DNA of 64,000 nucleotides from a virus (Duplodnaviria; Heunggongvirae; Uroviricota; Caudoviricetes): positions 1-64,000 of IMG/VR virus record IMGVR_UViG_3300033069_001798. One strand, 5' to 3'. Below are positions 16,721-25,505 of the stretch, one piece after another (position 1 is the first letter of the stretch; each line of letters starts with the position of its first letter). A program made the position numbers and the translations under genes. Below the pieces are notes generated by a model. It worked only from the letters and a program-made list of their open reading frames with translations, was not told the origin of the DNA and ran no database searches.

Positions 16721-17480
16721 CAGCTTGTTCACGTTGTGCAACATTGTGATCATGCGTTGCACACAAACTTGAACACCAACGTCTTTGATTAAATGCTTTT
16801 ACTGAACCAAGTGTGATAGGTTCATGAGGCAAGAATGATTTCGAACAACGTATGCAAAATTTTGGTTCGAAATCATTAATATCAAATCTATTCTGCAACT
16901 CTGGTCTATGTTTACCGGTCATAGATTTTGATATTTTCAATCGTACATCTTCTGAACGATGCAAACCACTATTTTTCTTGTTACGATACAAGGTTGAACA
17001 TCTTCTAGAACAAAATTTTTGTGAAATAAATCCCTTAAGCCTCGATGCTGTCAATGCAGCGTGAGGATATATCATATTTTCGCATCCTGAACATGGTTTT
17101 GGTTTGGCATCTGGATGTGATGCATCAATTCTGCGCATGTGTGATGTCGACATCTTCAATCTAGTTTCATCGCTCGGACTTTTTATACCTTGACCGCCCA
17201 CTGTCAGATTATAACCGTGTGTTGAATCGTTAGATTTGAATTCGAGAATGAATTTTGTTTCATATTCATACGCCTCTTCTTCAGTGCTATATTCACCTAG
17301 TATATCAAATGTGAATTGATCGATCCCGTAGAGTTTTATCGCTCTTGCTACGTAACTTTTAGGCGTTCCGGCTTTAGATGATATGACATGTCTGTTAAGA
17401 CGTCCAAAAGGATTGTTAGATTTTCCAACATACTTTTTACCATCAACGTTATTTGTAATGCAATATACGTAAGAAGCCAC
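16611..17480 (-). CDS. GIY-YIG homing endonuclease with NUMOD-like C-terminal repeats
   Basis: 'YVYCITNNVDGKKYVGKSNNPFGRLNRH…YNLTVGG' is a GIY-YIG core. It is followed by repeated 'R(L)K(M/I)S.S..G' NUMOD3-like motifs. The gene is markedly AT-rich relative to its flanks. Confidence 0.8.
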   Translation of the reverse strand: MASYVYCITNNVDGKKYVGKSNNPFGRLNRHVISSKAGTPKSYVARAIKLYGIDQFTFDILGEYSTEEEAYEYETKFILEFKSNDSTHGYNLTVGGQGIKSPSDETRLKMSTSHMRRIDASHPDAKPKPCSGCENMIYPHAALTASRLKGFISQKFCSRRCSTLYRNKKNSGLHRSEDVRLKISKSMTGKHRPELQNRFDINDFEPKFCIRCSKSFLPHEPITLGSVKAFNQRRWCSSLCATHDHNVAQREQAAIRRRLRSDCARTTHPNDQNHRRCTPCTTAATILPL

Positions 17481-17856
17481 GTTTATTAGGTATTGACGAT
17501 CTCACTGCTACATCCCTAACAAATGGGTCTTGCATCAAGTAAGGCTCTGGCGCGATAGGCGGCACTGGTCCGTAATCATCTTCAACTGTTACGTACTCGT
17601 CTCTCAAGTGAGCTGTGATGTCATCATCTGGCTCTCCGAACTCTAGCTTTCCTAGAGCTTCCCTTGAGTTGATGTCTGAACCATTGTTAGGCGAGCGACC
17701 AGCGGGTTGAGGCGGCGATGCAAAGCCGCCGCCAACCTCTCTGAGGATCTCTTCTAGCACAATCTGCCGCACACGAGCGATCGTTATCTTCACCCTTGTA
17801 AGTATCCGGATTACAATGGTGCCATGAAGATATGGTGCTACATATGCATATCGCAA
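17449..17856 (-). CDS. hypothetical protein with the shared N-terminal 'ARVRQIVLEEILRE' motif (true start possibly GTG at 17793)
   Basis: 'KITIARVRQIVLEEILREVGGGFASPP…'. Confidence 0.4.
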   Translation of the reverse strand: MRYAYVAPYLHGTIVIRILTRVKITIARVRQIVLEEILREVGGGFASPPQPAGRSPNNGSDINSREALGKLEFGEPDDDITAHLRDEYVTVEDDYGPVPPIAPEPYLMQDPFVRDVAVRSSIPNKRGFLRILHYK

Positions 17857-17988
17857 GCAGCTTGGTTCCTTGGTTTTCGCAGCATCTCGTGCAAGTACTA
17901 CGTGCTTGCACTCCGCGAAAGAATATCAAAAGCGATGCCCGAGATAGAAGAGATAATCCGTGCCGCCTCGAGCGAATAATTAAGCTCC

Positions 17989-20121
17989 ATGAGTTACAGC
18001 TCAACTGAAGATACGGTAGAAGAGTACGTAAAGAGGTTGTTTTCTACCATGTCATCGAGCAACGTTGATACTGACAAATTGCCAGCCGCTATTAGGTTGC
18101 GCATGCGTCTTTTGAATAATCTCATTCGCGATGGAGCAACGTACTCAGTCTTCAAGAATGAATTCCAGAACCGCTTTGGAAACAAAGACGGCATAGATTC
18201 TTCAATGTTGCCAACGTTGCTGCGCCGCGTTGAGCAAGTCGAAGCAGCAGCAACAGAAAAAGGAAAAGGAGTTGAAGAGTTCGCAGACAGAAAGCTGCGC
18301 CTGTCAACGATAGAAGAGGTGGTGGTGAAGCTCGGCGCTCTTGACAACCAAAGAGATAGAATGAGAGCGCTGGCAAAAATTATCGATTCTATGGGCAAAA
18401 ATGTTTTCTCAAAGCTCATAAAAGTTTTCTTCTACAACGTTCTTGATAATATCGTCAGTGCCAGATCAGAGCTCCAGAAGAAAGAAATCATGTACGATTC
18501 AGAGATGTTTGAATCAATATGGAAGCGCTCTGCAAATGCTTGGATGAAGGAGAATCCTGCTGGTGCTTTTCATGATTTTTTTGATGATGTGATGGCAGAG
18601 TTTCTTCAATTTTCAAAGCTAGATGTTACCAGAACGAAGACAGAAAAAGAGCAGCGGATCGATGAGATCATCAAGATTGTCAGCAGCATATCCGAAGATG
18701 ATTGGGATGCTCTGCTGGTATCACCTGATTACAGGAAAGTTCAATTCAGCGCGCTGACGTCTTATCGAAACGATCTGGGCTCGCTCAAACGATACCTGAG
18801 CGTGGAATCTGACTTTGCTGTACAACGCGACCTTGAGTGCGCAAAAAAGTGCGTCGAAATAATAAAGTCTTGGGAGGATGAGAGCTCGTACGATGATGAA
18901 GCTCTAGATCGCGTGGTAGAGAAGTTGGCAACAGTTGCTAGCAATTTCAAGGAAATGCCACCGAGCACTAATTACGTCTTGAGCCAGTATCTTTACATAG
19001 TTGAACCTGCAGCAGATGTCATCCGAAGGTACCTGTTCGACGGCACCAACAAAGACATCTTTAGAGCAAAGGCTCACAGTCTTGCACGTGGAGGTGGAAA
19101 CCTCGTTGTCGAAGCTTTCGGAGAGCTAGCAAAGTACTACGAGATCGAGAAAAAAGCTCAAGCAGCGTTGAATAATTCAACGTTCAACGCAACTTGGAAC
19201 AGCATAAATGATAGCGTCAAAAAGCTGACCAATTACAAATGGTCGGAAGAAATATTTGAAAAGTACTTCGCAAAGATCGATCCAGTAGCAAAAGTTGACT
19301 ATATGGCATCGTGGTTTGAAGTTATCGGAACTATCAGAAGCGCGCTCAATCCGAATGATGAGACAGCTAAACTAAGAGCAGCTCGTCTTTGGGTGCAATC
19401 AGAAGACAATGAAAAGGCTCGTCTGCTCCAACGCATCAACGATGGCATCGACCGTTACGTTGAAGCTGTCAAAGTGGAGCGAGAAAAGCTACGAAAAAAC
19501 AGCAAGCCAGAAGCTTCACCTGACGATGAATTCGAAGAGTACCTCTTTGCTGATGAACGTCATAGTCAAGTTCCTGATGAACCAGACACTCGTGATGAGA
19601 AAGCACTTTACGATAAGCTAGAAGCTCACTTCGTTGCAAACGAAGCTCTATCAGAGGATGAAGCAAATCTGATCAAGAGGTTGATGGCAGACGGAAAGTA
19701 CAGCACAGTGCTGAAAAAGCCAGACGTTGAGCTTGTGTACAGGGGCATGGCTGTCAATGATGATTACCTTAGACGCGCTCTTGGTTTGGATGATGATGAA
19801 TCTCTTCCTCAGAAAGGTTCAAAAACGGCATCATTCACGTTCACGCCCAGGAATGGTGGAAGCTCGTCATGGTCGTTGCGGCACGAGTCAACGTTTGATT
19901 TCATGAACGGAAGTAAAGATTTCAACGTGCTGCTGATCGCTCGAACTTCTGACAATGACGGATCTTTCGTCAGCGGCCCTGGTGGTCTGTACAAAGTTGG
20001 CAAACTGGGCAAGCACGAAGACGAGCAAGAAGTCGTTGGTCTCGGAGCCATCAAGGTCGCAAAGATCATCTGGGATGAGCGTGGTGAATTCCCTGCGGTT
20101 GAAACTCAAGAGTCTACGTGA
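17989..20121 (+). CDS. hypothetical large acidic protein (710 aa)
   Basis: Long uninterrupted ORF. No motif I recognise. Confidence 0.6.
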   Translation: MSYSSTEDTVEEYVKRLFSTMSSSNVDTDKLPAAIRLRMRLLNNLIRDGATYSVFKNEFQNRFGNKDGIDSSMLPTLLRRVEQVEAAATEKGKGVEEFADRKLRLSTIEEVVVKLGALDNQRDRMRALAKIIDSMGKNVFSKLIKVFFYNVLDNIVSARSELQKKEIMYDSEMFESIWKRSANAWMKENPAGAFHDFFDDVMAEFLQFSKLDVTRTKTEKEQRIDEIIKIVSSISEDDWDALLVSPDYRKVQFSALTSYRNDLGSLKRYLSVESDFAVQRDLECAKKCVEIIKSWEDESSYDDEALDRVVEKLATVASNFKEMPPSTNYVLSQYLYIVEPAADVIRRYLFDGTNKDIFRAKAHSLARGGGNLVVEAFGELAKYYEIEKKAQAALNNSTFNATWNSINDSVKKLTNYKWSEEIFEKYFAKIDPVAKVDYMASWFEVIGTIRSALNPNDETAKLRAARLWVQSEDNEKARLLQRINDGIDRYVEAVKVEREKLRKNSKPEASPDDEFEEYLFADERHSQVPDEPDTRDEKALYDKLEAHFVANEALSEDEANLIKRLMADGKYSTVLKKPDVELVYRGMAVNDDYLRRALGLDDDESLPQKGSKTASFTFTPRNGGSSSWSLRHESTFDFMNGSKDFNVLLIARTSDNDGSFVSGPGGLYKVGKLGKHEDEQEVVGLGAIKVAKIIWDERGEFPAVETQEST

Positions 20122-20197
20122 GGCTCCATATTTAGCCGCTGGTGGTCACAGGATGCCCACAGTTAATTCAAAGAAAAAGAACCAAGGAAAACCACCT

Positions 20198-21013
20198 ATG
20201 CTTATAAGAATAAACGAGCTGAAGGAGCTCATCAGGGTAGCAGTCCTCAACGAAGTTGACATTGAAGACGTGGGTGACGTCTGCTTCGCAGCAGGTTCTA
20301 CTCACGTCATGAAGACGTGCAGCATCGGCGGTAACAAGTACTACTTGAAGTTCTCCGACGAGTCGTTGTTTGATGGCGTCAACCCAAGCTTGCAGATCCT
20401 AGTTGAGTACCTTGCGTACAAGGTTTACTCTCTGTACCCAGGCGTCGACATCCCAAACGTTGAGCTCGTGTACGATCGGAAAGGTGGCAAGGTTGGTCTT
20501 GCAACGTCGGCGGTTGCAGGCAAGATGGCTCTTGAAACGATCCCAGCTAAAGAGCTAGCGGGCATGCTTTCAGCTGGTGTCTACGTTGACATCTTCCTTG
20601 CAAACTGGGACGTCATCGGCACCGGATCGGGCAACGTCATCGCAGACAAAGGGAAGGCAACGCGCATCGACCCAGGCGGATCTTTGACGTTCAGAGCGCA
20701 AGGCGGTAGAAAAGGCGGAAAGTTCGGTGATAAGCCAGGCGAGCTGAAGACGATGCTAGATCCATCGTTCGGTGGCGCCGGGCGTGTCTACCAGCACGCA
20801 GACTTGGTGAAAGCTGGGAAGACTTTTGCATCAGTTCCTTGGAGCAGCATAGCCTCAACGCTCAGCGCCGCAAGCAAAGAAGTTGCTGAAGAGCTCAAGT
20901 CGCATGGAATGAACGATCTGGCTGCCGAATGGAACGGCGAAGCAAAGCTGATCGCTGGAACGCTGAAAGCCCGACATGCTGAAGTTATGCAGCACGTCGA
21001 GCACGTTGCGTAA
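20198..21013 (+). CDS. hypothetical protein with the shared N-terminal motif (MLIRINELKELIRVAVLNE…)
   Basis: AAGGAAAA Shine-Dalgarno 7 nt upstream of ATG 20198. The N-terminus matches the shared-motif family. A Gly-rich 'GGRKGGKFGDKPGE' stretch follows. Confidence 0.5.
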   Translation: MLIRINELKELIRVAVLNEVDIEDVGDVCFAAGSTHVMKTCSIGGNKYYLKFSDESLFDGVNPSLQILVEYLAYKVYSLYPGVDIPNVELVYDRKGGKVGLATSAVAGKMALETIPAKELAGMLSAGVYVDIFLANWDVIGTGSGNVIADKGKATRIDPGGSLTFRAQGGRKGGKFGDKPGELKTMLDPSFGGAGRVYQHADLVKAGKTFASVPWSSIASTLSAASKEVAEELKSHGMNDLAAEWNGEAKLIAGTLKARHAEVMQHVEHVA

Positions 21014-21297
21014 GCAGTTGAAATGTCGGATAATGATCGCCACAATACGCGCCCACGGGAAGTGTCATAGGGCGAAACCGCCACTGTAACACGATCACCT
21101 GGGATCAACCTGATCCTGTTGATGCGAAGCTTGCCAGACAGCGTGGCTAGAACTTTATTGCCGCCTTCTACGATGACGCTAAACAGCGTCCCAGGTAGAG
21201 CTTCATCCACCACGCCTTGAAGCTCAATCGCGTCTTCCCGCTCTGTTGTTTGCTCGGACGACTGACTGGCTTGGTTCATCTTGTTCTTGTTTTTCAT
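20788..21297 (-). CDS. infA: translation initiation factor IF-1 homolog (S1-like OB fold) with an anomalous 78-codon 3' extension
   Basis: 'IELQGVVDEALPGTLFSVIVEGGNKVLATLSGKLRINRIRLIPGDRVTVAVSPYDTSRGRVLWR' aligns along its full length with bacterial IF-1. The ORF lacks a stop where IF-1 ends (about 21021) and reads on antisense into the 3' end of the 20198-21013 gene. Confidence 0.7.
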   Translation of the reverse strand: MKNKNKMNQASQSSEQTTEREDAIELQGVVDEALPGTLFSVIVEGGNKVLATLSGKLRINRIRLIPGDRVTVAVSPYDTSRGRVLWRSLSDISTAYATCSTCCITSACRAFSVPAISFASPFHSAARSFIPCDLSSSATSLLAALSVEAMLLQGTDAKVFPAFTKSACW

Positions 21298-21460
21298 TCT
21301 CTATCTCTTCGCTCGGACTGCCCAATCCTGGAGGTGGAGGCACGACACCATTGTCTGACCTGCTTATACCTCCACCGCCGAACATCCCAGCAGATCGATT
21401 CATCATTCTTTCGATCTCTTCACGAACGATCTGCCTTACTCTTTCGACGTTGATTCGCAT
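21224..21460 (-). CDS. small protein with the shared N-terminal motif (MRINVERVRQIVREEIERMM…) and a Gly/Pro-rich tail
   Basis: Read directly from the sequence. Confidence 0.4.
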   Translation of the reverse strand: MRINVERVRQIVREEIERMMNRSAGMFGGGGISRSDNGVVPPPPGLGSPSEEIENEKQEQDEPSQSVVRANNRAGRRD

Positions 21461-21816
21461 CTACTAAATAAGTCAACAACGCTGATTATCTTGGTGCTCA
21501 ACGCAAGAATCCAACTTGACAATGCTTCAAAGTCACCAACAGTGATCTTCTTGCCAAAATCACCCGGGTGCACGTCACCATCTGGCAGGCCTGCATCACC
21601 GGCACGAAGAACAAAGATCTCACCGATCGCTGTGACCAGCGTAACCTTTGATCCTTCGCGTTCGGCAGCAACGATGCGTTGAAAAAAATCAGCTGCTAGC
21701 TGAGCTTGCACTTGATCTTCACGCGGCAGCACGTTAAAGCTTGCCGGCAACTCCATCTCTGCATTAACACCACCAACGTGCACATGGTGAGCTCCCTCAC
21801 CCAAGTCAAATTCCAT
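21436..21816 (-). CDS. hypothetical protein
   Basis: ORF. Start uncertain. Confidence 0.35.
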   Translation of the reverse strand: MEFDLGEGAHHVHVGGVNAEMELPASFNVLPREDQVQAQLAADFFQRIVAAEREGSKVTLVTAIGEIFVLRAGDAGLPDGDVHPGDFGKKITVGDFEALSSWILALSTKIISVVDLFSRCESTSKE

Positions 21817-21863
21817 CTGTAAATGTTACTGTACTTCGTACCAAGTTCATTGTACAATGATCT

Positions 21864-22064
21864 ATGCTCACGATACGGCCTGGCGATCTTGTCAAGCTCA
21901 ACCAGCTGTATCGCACGTTCAAAGGTTTCGTCATACCAGATGGTGCATTGGTGACGATCTTGTGGCACACTGACGACAAGACTGGCTTGTTCTATGAGCA
22001 CCAAACGTTCGAAGTTGCTACTTGGTGGATCATTGACAAAGTTGAGATTCTCAGCGATACTTAA
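21864..22064 (+). CDS. small GDLV-family protein
   Basis: 'MLTIRPGDLVKL…FVIPDGALVTILW'. Confidence 0.5.
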   Translation: MLTIRPGDLVKLNQLYRTFKGFVIPDGALVTILWHTDDKTGLFYEHQTFEVATWWIIDKVEILSDT

Positions 22065-22076
22065 CCTTGTCGGGCA

Positions 22077-22304
22077 ATGCTGAATATCGTTAGAATGTTC
22101 ACGGTGCTCGTCGAAGCAACATCATCAGATGAACATCCTTGGATACGCAAGCTACGCGCTGAAGCTGAAGGTTGCTGCGGTGAATGTGGCTCAAAGCACC
22201 CAGAGCGCGTTGTCAGGGGCGGTTTTTGGATCACGTTCAGCTGCCCCGAGTGTAGACACGCTTCAAAGATTCACATCAACACCAAAAACTCTGGAAGTGG
22301 GTGA
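22077..22304 (+). CDS. zinc-ribbon protein
   Basis: 'CCGECGSK…CPECRH' (CxxC…CxxC). Confidence 0.4.
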   Translation: MLNIVRMFTVLVEATSSDEHPWIRKLRAEAEGCCGECGSKHPERVVRGGFWITFSCPECRHASKIHINTKNSGSG

Positions 22305-22494
22305 TCTAGTCGCATGGTTTGGAAAAGGTGCAATCAAACCGCGGTTTGGATCGATCGTCAAGATCATGACTTCGTTCGGTGAAAATGTACGAGCGCACGA
22401 GATTGTAGTACTATGCTCTGACGGCACCTTGCAGACTGCTCTCTTTTGGGAATCTGAGCGTGGAAAATCTTGGAGAAAATTTGAATACGCCTAA
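22297..22494 (+). CDS. small GDLV-family protein (GTG start inside track ORF 22129-22494)
   Basis: GTGGGTGA junction; '(M)GDLVAWFGKG…VVLCSDGTLQTALF'. Confidence 0.35.
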   Translation: MGDLVAWFGKGAIKPRFGSIVKIMTSFGENVRAHEIVVLCSDGTLQTALFWESERGKSWRKFEYA

Positions 22495-22714
22495 GCCTGG
22501 TGATCTAGTGATGGCAAGGAAGCTGATCTTGGGATGGGCAGCGCCGCTCATCAGAAGACCATCATCCATAGCAATCAAGAGCGGCATGATTGCTGTGATC
22601 GTAAGATCTCAAAGCAAGGGTCAAAGAACTCACGTGTCGTTGCTGATCAACGGTCGTTTGTACGATTACGGGTGCGACACAGTTAGCTGGGACAGCAATT
22701 GGCTATCGTTGTAA
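22460..22714 (+). CDS. small GDLV-family protein
   Basis: 'NTPKPGDLVMARK…LLINGRLYDY'. Confidence 0.45.
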   Translation: MENLGENLNTPKPGDLVMARKLILGWAAPLIRRPSSIAIKSGMIAVIVRSQSKGQRTHVSLLINGRLYDYGCDTVSWDSNWLSL

Positions 22715-22717
22715 AAG

Positions 22718-22957
22718 ATGAAACCGGGCGACTTGGTAGAGACGCAGAGAGCAAGGGTTGTCACGGCCCTCAATTGCTCTGACCCTAACAAGTACTACGT
22801 GTTGAGCCCAAAAGACATTGGCATCGTCGTTCAAGTAGATGTTGGAAGCAACGAAATCCCAGACTACACTCTGTACGGGACGATCGTTGTATACTTTCCA
22901 AGCCTTGGTCGACTAACAACTGCTCATGAATCGCAGATAAAGCTTCTAGAAGCCTAG
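22718..22957 (+). CDS. small GDLV-family protein
   Basis: 'MKPGDLVETQ…VVYFPSLGRLTTAHESQIKLLEA'. Confidence 0.55.
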   Translation: MKPGDLVETQRARVVTALNCSDPNKYYVLSPKDIGIVVQVDVGSNEIPDYTLYGTIVVYFPSLGRLTTAHESQIKLLEA

Positions 22958-23143
22958 AAGTTCGTGGCTGAACAAGGGACCCATCATAGAGCCCTTGTTC
23001 AGCCACACGTAGTACACGCTCTCGTACTGGTAAGACTTATTCTGGTTCGCAGCTCTTACAGAGATGATGAGACCAGAGTCTTTAGTTGAAACGTATCCGT
23101 TGTTGTTTGCAATCGTGACAAGATCACCAACTTGGAATTTCAT
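22946..23143 (-). CDS. small GDLV-family protein (inverted copy)
   Basis: 'MKFQVGDLVTIANNNGYV…YYVWLNKG'. Confidence 0.45.
   Translation of the reverse strand: MKFQVGDLVTIANNNGYVSTKDSGLIISVRAANQNKSYQYESVYYVWLNKGSMMGPLFSHELLGF
22954..22996. terminator. 15-bp perfect-stem hairpin (gtggctgaacaaggg/cccttgttcagccac, 13-nt loop) at the convergence point of the + and - gene blocks
   Basis: Read directly from the sequence. It starts at the stop of the + gene and overlaps the last codons of the - gene. There is no U-tract. Confidence 0.5.
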
Positions 23144-23161
23144 CTTCTCAATAAGTAAAAC

Positions 23162-23572
23162 TCACTTCTTGCTAGACGGGTATTTCTTCTTGAAGACGAG
23201 CAGCGTGCCACGAAGCAAGATCAACGCATCATCATGAAGCACTCGAGCCGCTCCTTCTTTGAATGCTGCTATGATCGTGCTCAAGAACATGTAGATTCCA
23301 ACGGTGCAGATGATTCCAACCATTGACATCTTCACCAGCAGGCCCACTAGAACGATGACAACAGAGATGAACATCGTTTCAAGCTTCGCGCTGTAAACTT
23401 CCTTGCTGACGGTCACTGAGTTGCCGTACATATCAGCAAGGAACTGAATCGTGCTGAATGACATCTTCTCGCCGTGCGAGACAGACTCCCAGTCAATGTC
23501 CTCGATCTTTACGTTCTCTTCTTTGTTCAACTCTTCATTGATCATCTTTTTCACTATCCTTGGTGTCTTCAA
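23162..23572 (-). CDS. membrane protein (2-3 TM helices)
   Basis: Hydrophobic segments 'FISVVIVLVGLLV', 'MVGIICTVGIYMFLSTIIAAF'. Lies immediately downstream of GroEL. Confidence 0.45.
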   Translation of the reverse strand: MKTPRIVKKMINEELNKEENVKIEDIDWESVSHGEKMSFSTIQFLADMYGNSVTVSKEVYSAKLETMFISVVIVLVGLLVKMSMVGIICTVGIYMFLSTIIAAFKEGAARVLHDDALILLRGTLLVFKKKYPSSKK

Positions 23573-25160
23573 CTATCACTGCGCCGATAGACAAAAATGT
23601 GATTGCTACTGAAACTGCGTTCTTCAAAGCCGTCCTGGAAACTTTCACTGGATCGATGATGCCATGAGCAAACATGTCAACTTCTCTGTCGCTTGCAGCG
23701 TCGTAACCACGAAACTGGATGTCTGACTTGATCATTCCACTTCGTAGATTGTTGATGACGACTTCATGTGACTTTCCGGCATTCGAAACGATCGTCTGCA
23801 AGGGTGCTAGGATTGATGTCATGACAAGCTTTGCACCAACATCATCTTGAGGCACGTCAACCATCCACGTGGCATTGAAGAATGCAGTTCCGCCGCCAGC
23901 TACGATGCCCTCGGCGACCGCTGCTCGCGTTGCGTTCAGAGCATCTTCGATGCGATACTTCTTCTCAATCATCTCAAGCTCAGTTGAGCCTCCGACCTTG
24001 ATGACAGCAACGCCAGAAGCAAGCCGCGCGATGCGCACCTTCAACTTTGTCACTTCATCAGTTGTTAGCGTCACGTCTTCGAGCTGCGTCCTAAGATTTG
24101 CAACGTGAGCGTCAACAGCGGGCCGAGATGCGCCAGCTCCGACCAACGTTGTCGACTTAGCATCAACGACGACCTTCTTGACAGTACCAAGATCGTTGAG
24201 CTCAAGCTTCTCGATCTTCAATCCAGCAGCTGGCGACACAACTGTCGTACCAGTAAGAACTGCGATATCGTGAAGCAGTTCATCCTTGTGTTTTCCGTAA
24301 CCCGGTGCTTTGACAGCAACGACTGCTAGGTTCGCATTGACGCGGTTGACGACCAGTCCTTGCATCGCTTCACCATCAACATCTTCGGCAATGATGAGCA
24401 GCTTTGACTGGGATCTTACGACTTTCTCAAGCAGAGGAATCAGCTCGCTCAGCGATGATAGTTTCTTGTCAGTGACAAGAACGCGAGCATCATTGTAAGT
24501 GACATTCATTCGTTCTTGGTTGGTGACGAAGTAAGGGCTCAAGTAACCACGCTCGAACTGCATACCTTCGACAGTTTCAAGCGTTGTCTCCATTCCTTTT
24601 GCATCCTCAACGGTGATGATGCCGTCAGATCCGACCTTCTCCATCGCATCAGCGATGAGGTTGCCGATGCGACCGTCGCCGTTCGCAGAGATCGTGCCGA
24701 CCTGAGCGATCTCTTCTTTGGTCGTCAGCTTCTTAGCAGATTTCACAAGGTATTCATCGACTAGCACTCGAGCTCGTTCCATCCCTTCGCACAGCTCTTT
24801 TGCTTCAAACCCTGCTTCAAGGTACTTCAACCCACCCTTGACTAGAGCGTAAGTCAACACCGTTGCTGTCGTTGTGCCATCACCAGCAACCTCGTTCGTC
24901 TGTGATGCTGCCTCCCTGATCAGATCTGCTCCCATCCTTTCAACTGGATCTTTGGGCCTGACTGACTTTGAAACCGTAACGCCGTCCTTGGTGACAACTG
25001 GCGGTCCATCTTTCTTCTGGATGACGACTGTCTTTCCTTTCGGTCCCAGCGTGCATGCAACGCTTTCAGCTGTGCACTCTATTCCTCGATAGAGTCTACG
25101 CCTCGCGTCGTTCTTGAAGAAAACTTTCGTAATGTTGTGTGTCTCGACGTCATTGATCAT
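23535..25160 (-). CDS. groEL: chaperonin GroEL (Cpn60)
   Basis: 'CTLGPKGKTVVI…KDGVTV' and 'AGDGTTTATVL' are signature motifs. The protein is GroEL-like along its full length. Confidence 0.9.
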   Translation of the reverse strand: MINDVETHNITKVFFKNDARRRLYRGIECTAESVACTLGPKGKTVVIQKKDGPPVVTKDGVTVSKSVRPKDPVERMGADLIREAASQTNEVAGDGTTTATVLTYALVKGGLKYLEAGFEAKELCEGMERARVLVDEYLVKSAKKLTTKEEIAQVGTISANGDGRIGNLIADAMEKVGSDGIITVEDAKGMETTLETVEGMQFERGYLSPYFVTNQERMNVTYNDARVLVTDKKLSSLSELIPLLEKVVRSQSKLLIIAEDVDGEAMQGLVVNRVNANLAVVAVKAPGYGKHKDELLHDIAVLTGTTVVSPAAGLKIEKLELNDLGTVKKVVVDAKSTTLVGAGASRPAVDAHVANLRTQLEDVTLTTDEVTKLKVRIARLASGVAVIKVGGSTELEMIEKKYRIEDALNATRAAVAEGIVAGGGTAFFNATWMVDVPQDDVGAKLVMTSILAPLQTIVSNAGKSHEVVINNLRSGMIKSDIQFRGYDAASDREVDMFAHGIIDPVKVSRTALKNAVSVAITFLSIGAVIVEDTKDSEKDDQ

Positions 25161-25480
25161 GGTACCTTCATTTTACCACAATCTGACGCAGTGTTCAGAA
25201 GTAACTTTTCCTTAGTCACTGGTAGTTGAACCGGTCGGCCTTTTCGCCATGATACCGCAACTGTGCCTTTTCTGTACTTGTCAAGGAGATCTTTCAACAC
25301 TACTTTCTGCTGCACGTCATCAACCGAATCAATGCACTTCAGAAGCTTGTGTTCAGTGAAATCAATCACCTTGCTCATGATCCCGCTGAACAACATCAAT
25401 TGAGATTTGTGCAGCTGGAATTCAGTACCGTCCGTGAGTGATCCCTTAGAAGGTGTTCTAGTTGCCATCTTAATTCTCAT
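25157..25480 (-). CDS. hypothetical protein upstream of GroEL, overlapping it by ATGA (possible co-chaperonin analog, unproven)
   Basis: Position only. No GroES or gp31 motif recognised. Confidence 0.4.
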   Translation of the reverse strand: MRIKMATRTPSKGSLTDGTEFQLHKSQLMLFSGIMSKVIDFTEHKLLKCIDSVDDVQQKVVLKDLLDKYRKGTVAVSWRKGRPVQLPVTKEKLLLNTASDCGKMKVP

Positions 25481-25505
25481 GATAAGTAGTCACTCCGAGC
25501 CCATA

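Noticed and set aside
17687-18004. 105-aa minus-strand ORF spanning the divergent intergenic region 17857-17988
   Set aside because: It overlaps both the 5' end of the 710-aa + gene and the promoter region. It is Cys/Arg-rich shadow sequence with no start context.
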